Assembly: GCA_047173645.1 (NCBI GenBank)
Contig: JBCQUZ010000001.1
Location: forward strand, 219 to 64,218
Direction of reading: 5' to 3'
DNA from: Rikenellaceae bacterium
Lineage (GTDB): Bacteria; Bacteroidota; Bacteroidia; Bacteroidales; Rikenellaceae
DNA length: 64,000 bases
The translations under genes and the position numbers were made by a program. The notes under the pieces are model-generated. The model was given only the letters and a program-made list of their open reading frames with translations. It had not been told where the DNA came from and did no database searches. Shown one piece after another: positions 39,391-48,636 of the stretch. Numbering within the stretch: the stretch's first letter is position 1; each line of letters opens with the position of its first letter.

Positions 39391-40416
39391 CTATATAGTC
39401 CAAGTCTCGCCAGAGTTCAAAAGATCCTCCATGCAAGTAACCTTAGCTGTAGCCTTCACCTTCTCGACTTGCGCCGCAACCTCTTGGTCGTACACTGGGG
39501 CATCTACAGAGCGGATAACTCCCACTGCTACAGGATACTCTGGATACTTCATAGCCGCCAACATCGTGTGAAGGATTGTAGACTCCTCCTTAGCATCATG
39601 CGTTAGGATGTCGTCCATAGTGTAGCCATCCTCACCAATAGTCACCGCCTTAAGCTTTAGACCATCGAGAACAAGACCCTTCTCTCCGTTTGCGCCATAT
39701 GTCATCTTCTTGCCATGCTCCAAAGTGATAAGGTTTGCTTGACGCAATGCCTTAGATCCTGCAAACTCAGCAAATGTCTTATCGTTGAAGATCACACAGT
39801 TAGTAAGAACCTCTACGATAGATGTTCCCTCGTGACATCCGCCCTCTACGAGCATCTTTTGAGTTAGAGCAACCTCAGCATCTACCGAACGAGCGAAAAA
39901 TGTACCCTTAGCTCCGATCACCAACTCACCTGGGTTGAATGGGTGCTCTACGGTTCCGAATGGTGAAGTCTTTGTGATCTTACCCAACTTTGAAGTTGGT
40001 GAGTATTGACCCTTTGTAAGACCATATATCTCGTTGTTGAACAACACAACATTGAGGTCGACATTACGACGAATAGCGTGTATAAAGTGGTTACCACCAA
40101 TAGCCAATGAGTCGCCATCACCTGTTGCAACCCAAACACTTAGATTAGGGTTTGCAACCTTTACTCCAGTTGCAATAGCGTTTGCACGACCATGGATTGT
40201 GTGGAATCCGAAGGCATTCATATAGTAGATAAAGCGCGAAGAGCAACCAATTCCCGAAATGAATGCGAAATTGTGGTGTGCGATCTCCTTCTTCTCGGCG
40301 ATCTCGGCACAAGCACGTTGCACGGAGTTGATGATTGCGTGGTCGCCACATCCAGGGCACCAACGAACCTCTTGATCGCTCTTAAAATCTGCGGGGGTAT
40401 ATTTGTATATTGACAT
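39391..40416 (-). CDS. korB: 2-oxoacid:ferredoxin oxidoreductase beta subunit
   Basis: WCPGCG, SGIGCS, HGR, GDGD..AIGGNH, YGLTKGQYSPT. Confidence 0.93.
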   Translation of the reverse strand: MSIYKYTPADFKSDQEVRWCPGCGDHAIINSVQRACAEIAEKKEIAHHNFAFISGIGCSSRFIYYMNAFGFHTIHGRANAIATGVKVANPNLSVWVATGDGDSLAIGGNHFIHAIRRNVDLNVVLFNNEIYGLTKGQYSPTSKLGKITKTSPFGTVEHPFNPGELVIGAKGTFFARSVDAEVALTQKMLVEGGCHEGTSIVEVLTNCVIFNDKTFAEFAGSKALRQANLITLEHGKKMTYGANGEKGLVLDGLKLKAVTIGEDGYTMDDILTHDAKEESTILHTMLAAMKYPEYPVAVGVIRSVDAPVYDQEVAAQVEKVKATAKVTCMEDLLNSGETWTI

Positions 40417-40421
40417 GACTT

Positions 40422-42278
40422 TTACTCTTTACAAATTTGCATAAATTTCTCCTTTAGCTCAACCACAGTGAATGGTTGACCTTGAACCTTGTTGTATTGC
40501 TCATATTTGAACTGTGGAAGGTTTTGACGCAAGTAATCTGCGAATTGACCCATATTAAGTTCACAAACAACAATCTTCTTAAACTTCGAGAAGATCTCCT
40601 CAACACCATGTGGAAGTGGGTTGATAAAGTTGAAGTGACAAAGCGATACGCTTGCTCCTTGCTCCTTTTTAAGTTGGCTTACAGCACTTTGCAAGTGTCC
40701 CTTGGTTCCTCCCCATCCAACAACTAGCAAATCGCCCTCAGCGTCGCCCTCGACAGTTTGAGTTGGGATATAATCTACAACCTTCGCAACTTTATTTGCG
40801 CGATTCTCGGTCATAATTTGGTGGTTCTTAGGATCGTGTGAGATATTACCCTTCAACGCATCCTTCTCCAAACCTCCGATTCGGTGCTCCAAACCTTCGG
40901 TTCCTGGGAATCCCCAGCTACGTGCCATCTTCTCGTCGCGAGCGTATGGCATAAATGGAGTGCCATCGGTGCGAGGTTGTGCGATAGGTGCAGTGATAGT
41001 AGGGTAGTCACCCATTGATGGGATCTTCCATGGCTCCGAACCATTAGCGATAAATCCATCAGTAAGAAGAACTACTGGGGTCATGTGCTCCAACGCAATG
41101 CGACTAGCCTCGAATGCGTAGTGGAAACAGTCGCTAGGCGATGATGCTGCCACAACCACAACTGGACACTCTCCGTTACGTCCATAAAGCGCTTGAACCA
41201 AGTCACTTTGCTCTGTCTTTGTAGGCAATCCTGTAGATGGACCACCGCGTTGAACATTCACAACAACCAATGGAAGCTCTGTCATAACAGCCAAACCTAG
41301 CGCCTCACTCTTGAGTGCAAGACCTGGGCCCGAAGTTGTAGTCACCGCGAAGTTACCAGCATAAGCAGCACCAACTGCTGTACATATACCAGCGATTTCA
41401 TCCTCTGCCTGAACCGTCTTAGCGCCCATTCCCTTGTGCTTAGCGAGCTCTTCGAGGATCACAGTTGCAGGGGTGATAGGGTACGAACCACAGAACAAAG
41501 GAAGGTTTGCCTTCTCAGCTGCTGCGAGTAATCCCCAAGCTGTTGCGACGTTACCATTGATAGAGCGGTATTTACCCTTCTCCATTCCCTCGCCATCGAC
41601 AGTTTTGTATGTGTTAGCAAAGGCGTGAGTGTTAGCACCGTAGTTGAATCCAGCCTCGATAACCGCAACGTTAGCCTCAGCGATCACTGGGTTCTTCTTA
41701 GCGAACTTAGCCGTTAGGAAACTTTTTGCGTGATCCTCTGGCAAGTTGAATAGGTAGAAGCAAAGACCAAGTGCGAACATATTCTTACACTTAACCTTCG
41801 ATTTGTTGTCGAGTGAGCAATCCGCTAACGCATCCTTAGTCATTGTGGTGATAGGAGCGAGTACTATATTATAATCTTCCAATCCAAGCTCCTTGATAGG
41901 ATCATTGGTAGTGTAACCAGCCTTAGTGATAAGTTCTTCGGTGAGGGTATCGGCATCTAAAATTACAGTTGCATCCTTCTTAAGCCACACGCGGTTAGCT
42001 TTAAGTGCTGCTGGATTCATCGCCACAAGAACGTCGCAATAGTCTCCAGGAGTTACGATCTTTTCTGAACCAAAGTGAACTTGAAAACCCGATACACCCG
42101 CTACAGTTCCTTGTGGGGCACGAATCTCTGCTGGATAATCTGGGAATGTTGAAATTCCGTTACCAATCAGAGCCGAAGTGTCCGAAAAGAGGGTACCTGT
42201 GAGCTGCATTCCATCGCCTGAGTCGCCCGAAAATCGGATAACAGCGTCGTGCAACTCCTGCACATTTAATTGTTCCAT
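40422..42278 (-). CDS. korA: 2-oxoacid:ferredoxin oxidoreductase alpha subunit
   Basis: GDSGDG, YPAEIRAP, YPITP, QAEDEIA, TSGPG, QRGGPSTG.PT. Confidence 0.93.
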   Translation of the reverse strand: MEQLNVQELHDAVIRFSGDSGDGMQLTGTLFSDTSALIGNGISTFPDYPAEIRAPQGTVAGVSGFQVHFGSEKIVTPGDYCDVLVAMNPAALKANRVWLKKDATVILDADTLTEELITKAGYTTNDPIKELGLEDYNIVLAPITTMTKDALADCSLDNKSKVKCKNMFALGLCFYLFNLPEDHAKSFLTAKFAKKNPVIAEANVAVIEAGFNYGANTHAFANTYKTVDGEGMEKGKYRSINGNVATAWGLLAAAEKANLPLFCGSYPITPATVILEELAKHKGMGAKTVQAEDEIAGICTAVGAAYAGNFAVTTTSGPGLALKSEALGLAVMTELPLVVVNVQRGGPSTGLPTKTEQSDLVQALYGRNGECPVVVVAASSPSDCFHYAFEASRIALEHMTPVVLLTDGFIANGSEPWKIPSMGDYPTITAPIAQPRTDGTPFMPYARDEKMARSWGFPGTEGLEHRIGGLEKDALKGNISHDPKNHQIMTENRANKVAKVVDYIPTQTVEGDAEGDLLVVGWGGTKGHLQSAVSQLKKEQGASVSLCHFNFINPLPHGVEEIFSKFKKIVVCELNMGQFADYLRQNLPQFKYEQYNKVQGQPFTVVELKEKFMQICKE

Positions 42279-42621
42279 CTCTACTTTCTTTTAAATATTT
42301 ATACTAATCTAACCTTACATATCATATATGTCCGTCTGCAAATTTATGAAAAATTTAATTAAAAAAGAAGATTTTTAGCCTAAAACTCTGCATTTTATAT
42401 AGTGTAGTTGCTAATTTATCAAAAAACTATATAATTACTTCATAATCGTAACTAATTACCCTAAAAATCTTTTAATGTTCTTTTTTTGATTTTCGCAGAT
42501 AACGGGAGTTGACTTGCGCTTGATGAGATCTGTTTTGTAATATTTTTATTTCATACGCTTATAATTCGGAAATTTTATGTAAGTTTGTAGTTACTATTAT
42601 TAAAATGTAAATTTGTAGATT

Positions 42622-43563
42622 ATGGATACAATTTTATTACTCGTGGGACTTCTCCTAATTTTAGGAGGGGCAAATTATTTAACAGATGGTGCAGTGGCGA
42701 TAGCCAAGAGGTTCGAAATATCGGAATTTGTTGTGGGACTTACTATTGTGGCAATCGGTACATCTATGCCCGAGATGGTGGTGAGTGTTATCTCTGCTAT
42801 TCAGGGTAATGGCGATATTGCGGTGGGTAATGTCGTGGGGTCGAATGTATTCAATACATTTGCCATCTTGGGACTCTGTGCTTTTGTGCGTCCTGTATAT
42901 CTTTCGGCAGACAATATCAGAAAGGATATTCCGCTAGGGGTTATCGTCTCGGCTATTTTGGTGCTTGTGGCGATGCCTGGCTACATAAATCGCCCTCATG
43001 GAATGGCGATGTTGATCGCATATTTGGCACTTATGTTCTACTCTATTCGCAAAGGTAAAACTACAACTGTCGACAAAGATAACCAATCGCCACATCAAAA
43101 CAGTGCCCCTCAAATGAGGATGTGGTTGGCTGTGTTGTTGGTCATCGGAGGGTTAGCGGCTCTCATTGGTGGAGGTCAACTATTTTTGGATAGCGCCGTG
43201 CGTATTGCCGAATATTTTGGTATCCCACAAAGTGTAATCGCTATAACGCTTGTTGCAGGGGGTACATCGCTTCCCGAACTCGCTGCATCGGTGGTGTCGC
43301 TCATCAAAGGTAAGAGCGATATTGCGCTAGGTAATGTTATAGGTTCCAATATCGCAAATATATTGTTGGTGTTGGGGGCGAGTTCAGCGATCACTCCTCT
43401 GTCGTTGGGTGGTGTGACTATTGTAGATGTGTTGGTTGTGTTGGGCGGAAGTTTGATGTTATGGGTTGTCCCTACGGTATTTAAGAAGAATCGTTTGTCA
43501 AGACTCGAAAGTGTGATTATGCTTTTGGTTTTTGTGGGATACATATATTATATAGTTGCGTAG
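42622..43563 (+). CDS. Calcium/sodium antiporter (YrbG family)
   Basis: Two alpha repeats GTSMPE...GNVVGSN and GTSLPE...GNVIGSN. Confidence 0.92.
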   Translation: MDTILLLVGLLLILGGANYLTDGAVAIAKRFEISEFVVGLTIVAIGTSMPEMVVSVISAIQGNGDIAVGNVVGSNVFNTFAILGLCAFVRPVYLSADNIRKDIPLGVIVSAILVLVAMPGYINRPHGMAMLIAYLALMFYSIRKGKTTTVDKDNQSPHQNSAPQMRMWLAVLLVIGGLAALIGGGQLFLDSAVRIAEYFGIPQSVIAITLVAGGTSLPELAASVVSLIKGKSDIALGNVIGSNIANILLVLGASSAITPLSLGGVTIVDVLVVLGGSLMLWVVPTVFKKNRLSRLESVIMLLVFVGYIYYIVA

Positions 43564-43640
43564 TTGATAATGATGTAAATAGCACAATTACCGATCAAAG
43601 GTGATTGTGATCCACGAAAAATTTACTATCTTTGCAGAAT

Positions 43641-44741
43641 ATGGAAAATTTTGTCGTCAGCGCTCGTAAATATCGTCCAGCAACTTTTGCAACTGTTGTT
43701 GGGCAGAGTCATATCACCTCTACGCTCAAAAATGCTATTGAGCGAGGTCAATTGGCGCACGCATATCTATTTTGCGGTCCTCGTGGAGTGGGCAAAACAA
43801 CCTGTGCGCGTATCTTTGCCAAGGCGATCAACTGTATGAATCATGATAGCGCCGAAGCGTGCAATGAGTGCGAATCGTGCAGGAGTTTCAATAGTGGGGC
43901 ATCGCTCAATATTCATGAGTTGGATGCCGCATCGAATAACTCGGTCGAAGATATTCGATCTCTAATCGAACAGGTGAGAATCATTCCGCAGATGGGTAAA
44001 TACTCCCTATTTATTATAGATGAGGTTCATATGTTGTCGACAGCGGCGTTCAATGCTTTTCTTAAGACTTTGGAGGAGCCACCAGCTCACGCAATATTTA
44101 TATTGGCAACAACCGAGAAACATAAGATCTTGCCAACGATCCTTTCGCGATGCCAAATCTACGACTTCAGACGCATAAAGGTGGAGGATGCTGTGGAGTA
44201 TCTACGCCACATAGCCCAAAGCGAGGGGGTCACTGCCGATGATGAGTCGCTGAGCCTAATTGCCCAAAAGGCAGATGGCGGAATGCGAGACGCACTCTCG
44301 ATGTTCGATAAAGCGGTGTCGTTTGGTGGGCGAGAGCTCAACTTTCGTAAAGTGGCACAAACGCTCAATGTCCTTGATTATGATACCTATTTTTCGCTTA
44401 CCGATTCTCTCGTTGAGGGCAACTATGTCGAGGCACTGTTGATGCTCGACAGAGTGTTGGAACAGGGGTTTGGTGTGCAAAATTTTATGGTTGGGCTCAA
44501 CAAACATTTTAGAGATTTGTTGGTGGCGAGGGATCCAGCGTCTATAAATTTGATAGAACTTACAGGGTCTCTGCTCGAAAGGTATCGGGCGCAAGCGACT
44601 AAATGCGATATAGCTTTGCTCTTTGGTGCAATATCGGTGCTTACGGATATTGACTCCAAGATCAAGCAATCATCATCACAGAGATTGTTGGTGGAACTGG
44701 GACTCATGAAAATTGCAGGTCTCGGTCAAAAAAAAAAGTAG
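43641..44741 (+). CDS. dnaX: DNA polymerase III gamma/tau, N-terminal (gamma-length) ORF
   Basis: ARKYRP, GPRGVGKTT, Cys4 zinc cluster, IIDEVHML, ILSRC, GGMRDALS; ends GQKKK* at an A10 run. Confidence 0.96.
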   Translation: MENFVVSARKYRPATFATVVGQSHITSTLKNAIERGQLAHAYLFCGPRGVGKTTCARIFAKAINCMNHDSAEACNECESCRSFNSGASLNIHELDAASNNSVEDIRSLIEQVRIIPQMGKYSLFIIDEVHMLSTAAFNAFLKTLEEPPAHAIFILATTEKHKILPTILSRCQIYDFRRIKVEDAVEYLRHIAQSEGVTADDESLSLIAQKADGGMRDALSMFDKAVSFGGRELNFRKVAQTLNVLDYDTYFSLTDSLVEGNYVEALLMLDRVLEQGFGVQNFMVGLNKHFRDLLVARDPASINLIELTGSLLERYRAQATKCDIALLFGAISVLTDIDSKIKQSSSQRLLVELGLMKIAGLGQKKK

Positions 44742-45387
44742 CACAGGGGTAGAGCCAAACTACACCGATGTTGCGGTGGCACTTCCCGAACTAGTGAAGC
44801 GCACTCCGCCACAACAACCTCAACCATCTCAAAAGATTACAGAGGTAGAGGAGCCAAAGGTTGTGGAGAAGGTTGTAGAAGAACCGAAAAAGGTTGAAGT
44901 GGCAACTCCTAAAAAGATTGTTCCCAAGCGTCCATCAATTTTGAATTTGGGGGCGCTCCTTTCGCAAGATGATGCGAAGGTAGATATGGTTGCATCGGGC
45001 AAAGAGTCAGTCGAGGAGTCTAATGTTGATCCTCTTGCGGAGCAGAAGGTTATGAGAGCAAAGGGGGCAATTTTAGAGTTTTTGAATCAGTGGAGGCCAC
45101 GATTTATTGCGGTTTTTGAACCGATGGCATTTCGCGAGAATGCGATATATATAGTTGTTCCAACGCCTGAATTGCGCGACGAGATCGAACGAAACAAGAC
45201 AGAGTTCTTAACTCGTGTGATCGAGATTGCAGGGGTAAAGGGCACCATCGGGTTAGAGGTTGAGGTTAACGAAGCGGAGCAGAGTCGAAAACCTATAAAA
45301 TTGGAGGATAGGATTGCATTTATTATGGAGTTGAACCCTTTGATTGTGGATCTTCGTGAGGCTTTGGATTTGGATGTTGAGGGTTAG
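44728..45387 (+). CDS. dnaX: DnaX tau C-terminal portion in +1 frame
   Basis: Frame opens across A10 (44728-44737); Pro/Glu/Lys linker, then a C-terminal domain ending NP.IV.L...LDL; no convincing start of its own. Confidence 0.75.
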   Translation, partial: KKKSSTGVEPNYTDVAVALPELVKRTPPQQPQPSQKITEVEEPKVVEKVVEEPKKVEVATPKKIVPKRPSILNLGALLSQDDAKVDMVASGKESVEESNVDPLAEQKVMRAKGAILEFLNQWRPRFIAVFEPMAFRENAIYIVVPTPELRDEIERNKTEFLTRVIEIAGVKGTIGLEVEVNEAEQSRKPIKLEDRIAFIMELNPLIVDLREALDLDVEG

Positions 45388-45486
45388 TGAGAGGTTAGTC
45401 AGGGGTCAGTGAGAGGTCAGTGAGGGGACTGCCTTAGCGCCAGGCGGGCGGTGCGAGCCGCACGGGCGAGAGAAACTGCGTTTCTC
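45384..45486 (+). repeat. Partial palindromic repeat, copy E, with 4x 11-mer
   Basis: T(T/C)AGT(G/C)AG(A/G)GG x4, then ACTGCCT...GGCGGGCGGTGCGAGCCGCACGGGC and GAGAAAC-TGC-GTTTCTC. Confidence 0.85.
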
Positions 45487-45521
45487 ATATATGAGTATTA
45501 AGATAAAATATAATAGAAAAA

Positions 45522-46814
45522 ATGGCAACAAAGAATTTTGTAGATGAGCTAGAGTGGCGCGGCATGATCCACACGATAATGCCTGGCGCAAAGGAGCAAC
45601 TCGAAAAAGAGATGGGAACAGCCTACTTAGGAATCGACCCCACAGCAGACTCTCTACACATCGGTCACTTAGTAGGAGTGATGATCCTCAAACACTTCCA
45701 AGAGTGCGGACACCGCCCATTGGCTCTAGTCGGAGGAGCAACAGGTATGATTGGTGATCCTAGTGGAAAATCGCAAGAGCGTAATCTTCTAAATGAAGAG
45801 ACACTCCAAAAAAATCAAGATGGCATCAAGGCGCAACTATCGAAGTTGTTGGATTTCGATTCCGACGCTCCAAATGCCGCGGTGATGGTCAACAACTACG
45901 ATTGGATGAAGAACTTCTCGTTCCTCGACTTTATTCGCGACATCGGTAAGTGCATAACTGTCAACTATATGATGGCGAAGGATTCGGTCAAAAAGCGTTT
46001 CACGGGCGAAGGCGACGGAATGTCGTTCACCGAGTTTACATATCAATTGGTTCAGGGCTACGACTTCTTGCACCTCTACGAAAATATGGGATGTAAATTC
46101 CAATTGGGCGGATCGGATCAATGGGGTAACATCACAACAGGAACAGAACTTATCCGTCGTAAGTGCGGTGGCGAAGCGTGGGCTATAACATGCCCCCTTA
46201 TCACCAAGGCTGATGGTACGAAGTTCGGAAAGACCGAGAGCGGAAATGTATGGTTGGATCCTCGCTACACATCACCTTACAAATTCTACCAATTTTGGTT
46301 GAATGTGAGCGATGAGGATGCAAAACGCTATATCCGTATCTTCACAATGCTCGACAAAGAGACCGTTGAGACACTAACCGCTGAGCACGAAGAGGCTCCA
46401 CACTTGCGCGTACTCCAAAAGCGTTTGGCTAAAGAGATCACAACGATGATTCACTCCGCCCAGGAGTGGGAGCGTGCCGTGGAGGCATCGAACATCTTGT
46501 TTGGAGGGGCTACTTCCGAAGCATTGAAGAATCTCGACGAAGAGACTTTACTCCAAGTATTTGAGGGTGTACCTCAATTCAAATTCACACGCGAGGAGTT
46601 GGGTTGCACATTTATTGATATGTGTGGCGAGAAGGCTAAGATCTTCGCATCGAAGGGCGAGTGTCGCAAGATGGTTCAAGGTGGCGGAGTGTCGCTCAAC
46701 AAAGAGAAGGTGGCAGACGCTATGCGCGAAATCGTGGCGGAGGATCTTATTGCAGGAAAGTATCTTTTGGTACAAAAAGGTAAGAAGAATTATTACTTAG
46801 TTATCTTCGAATAA
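45522..46814 (+). CDS. tyrS: Tyrosyl-tRNA synthetase
   Basis: [29 protein letters not shown]4-like tail. Confidence 0.97.
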   Translation: MATKNFVDELEWRGMIHTIMPGAKEQLEKEMGTAYLGIDPTADSLHIGHLVGVMILKHFQECGHRPLALVGGATGMIGDPSGKSQERNLLNEETLQKNQDGIKAQLSKLLDFDSDAPNAAVMVNNYDWMKNFSFLDFIRDIGKCITVNYMMAKDSVKKRFTGEGDGMSFTEFTYQLVQGYDFLHLYENMGCKFQLGGSDQWGNITTGTELIRRKCGGEAWAITCPLITKADGTKFGKTESGNVWLDPRYTSPYKFYQFWLNVSDEDAKRYIRIFTMLDKETVETLTAEHEEAPHLRVLQKRLAKEITTMIHSAQEWERAVEASNILFGGATSEALKNLDEETLLQVFEGVPQFKFTREELGCTFIDMCGEKAKIFASKGECRKMVQGGGVSLNKEKVADAMREIVAEDLIAGKYLLVQKGKKNYYLVIFE

Positions 46815-46815
46815 G

Positions 46816-47169
46816 ATGAATTACGAAATAACCCTAGAGGAGATGGAATTTAGAGCCTTTCATGGCTGCTACGAGCTTGAACAAAGGGTTGGTAACCGCT
46901 TTGCGGTAAATTTAACTGTAACAACTCGTTTGGGTAACATCGCGTCACAAGACGATGTTACCCAAGCTGTTAGCTACCTGACTCTCTATGAAGTTGTCGA
47001 GGAGCAAATGCGTCGTACGCAATGCACAATAGAGGCAGTGGCTGTAAATATTATATCAAAAATCAAGGATGATTTTCCGCAAGTTTTGCGCGTGAAGTGC
47101 GCCGTAAGCAAAATCGCACCCCCTTTGGGAGGTAAGGTTGCGCGTGCTACGGTTGTGCTCGAAATGTAG
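46816..47169 (+). CDS. folB: Dihydroneopterin aldolase
   Basis: F.AFHGC..LE...G..F, VSY, IE..A, K..PP. Confidence 0.9.
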   Translation: MNYEITLEEMEFRAFHGCYELEQRVGNRFAVNLTVTTRLGNIASQDDVTQAVSYLTLYEVVEEQMRRTQCTIEAVAVNIISKIKDDFPQVLRVKCAVSKIAPPLGGKVARATVVLEM

Positions 47170-47227
47170 TGTTGCTACATTTATGCCACAAAACGTATGG
47201 AAAATCGCCACTAAAACAAATTTATTT

Positions 47228-48586
47228 ATGAAAGCACCAAGTGTGAAGAGTAGAGATCTATTTAGTAGTAAACTTAGCGCCGTATTGGTAGCGGCAGGCT
47301 CATCCGTAGGTTTGGGAAACATCTGGCGATTCCCGTTTGTGGCAGCAGAAAATGGCGGAGGCGCATTTTTGTTGGTCTACCTAGGCTGTGTATTGTTAAT
47401 CGGCGTACCTGTTATGTTGGCAGAGTTTGTTGTGGGGCGTGGTACCCACCTCAATGCTGTGGGAGCATACAAAAAATTGGATAGTAGATGGTCGGGAATT
47501 GGATACAATGGCGTGTTGGCGGCATTCCTAATCATGGGATCATACTTTGTTGTGTCGGGATGGACGGCGGAGTATTTCGCAACATCTATCACAGGCGAAT
47601 TGGGACGCCTATCAACCCCTGCGGAGTATAAGAACTTCTTTACTACATTCATCACCCACCCCATACGCCCACTTATCTATACGTGGATATTTATTTGGGG
47701 CACGCACTTTATCATATCGCGAGGTGTGACAAAGGGAATCGAGAAGTTTACGAAGATCTTGATGCCACTCCTTTTCTTGATCCTTATTGTGTTGTCTATC
47801 AATTCGTTGATGATGCCAGGTGCGATGGTTGGACTCAAGCAATTGTTTGCCCCTGATTTCTCGAAGATGTCATCCGACCTATTCTTGGCAGCTATTGGTC
47901 AAGCATTCTTCTCGCTATCTGTTGGTTTGGGTTGTTTGATCGCATACTCATCTTATTTTGACGATAAAACCGACCTGCGCGAAACAGCATTGCAGGTGTC
48001 GATCCTCGATACATTGGTGGCAATCCTCGCAGGAATTATGATCTTCCCAGCGGCAGCAAGTGTCGGAATCGAGACTATGGAGGGGGGACCCGATTTGGTG
48101 TTTGTAACTCTTCCTGGAATCTTTAACACTTTGCCATTTAGTATGTTGTGGTCGTCAATCTTCTTTATGTTGTTGGTTGTAGCGGCACTCACTTCGACTA
48201 TCTCGTTGCACGAAGTTGTGACTCTGTATCTGCACGAACAACACAATATGAGCCGTAAAAAGGCAACCTATGTGACCTCAATTAGTTCGACTATCCTAGC
48301 GACTTTTGCTTGTATGTCGTTGGGTGTATTGCCTGGGTTGGAGCTCTTTGGACTTAGCATGTTCGATTTCTTGGATACGGTGACTGCTAAGTTGTTGTTG
48401 CCATTGGGTGGTCTCTTTACCTGTATATTTGTAGGTTGGAGATTGGAGCGTCGATTCACCGAAGAGCAACTTCTTCGTGAGGGTCAAAAGAGTGATTGGA
48501 TGGTGAATGTGCTTATTGTTTTGCTCAAATACCTGTGTCCAATAATGATATTGGCTGTTTTATTGGAGGGGTTTGGTATAATCTAA
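47228..48586 (+). CDS. Sodium-dependent transporter (NSS/SNF family)
   Basis: AGSSVGLGNIWRFP, GGGAF, QAFFSLS.G; ATG 47228 preferred. Confidence 0.93.
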   Translation: MKAPSVKSRDLFSSKLSAVLVAAGSSVGLGNIWRFPFVAAENGGGAFLLVYLGCVLLIGVPVMLAEFVVGRGTHLNAVGAYKKLDSRWSGIGYNGVLAAFLIMGSYFVVSGWTAEYFATSITGELGRLSTPAEYKNFFTTFITHPIRPLIYTWIFIWGTHFIISRGVTKGIEKFTKILMPLLFLILIVLSINSLMMPGAMVGLKQLFAPDFSKMSSDLFLAAIGQAFFSLSVGLGCLIAYSSYFDDKTDLRETALQVSILDTLVAILAGIMIFPAAASVGIETMEGGPDLVFVTLPGIFNTLPFSMLWSSIFFMLLVVAALTSTISLHEVVTLYLHEQHNMSRKKATYVTSISSTILATFACMSLGVLPGLELFGLSMFDFLDTVTAKLLLPLGGLFTCIFVGWRLERRFTEEQLLREGQKSDWMVNVLIVLLKYLCPIMILAVLLEGFGII

Positions 48587-48636
48587 TGAAAAATTTATAT
48601 CTTTGAGGTTGGAGGAAACTTAAAATAACCAAACCT

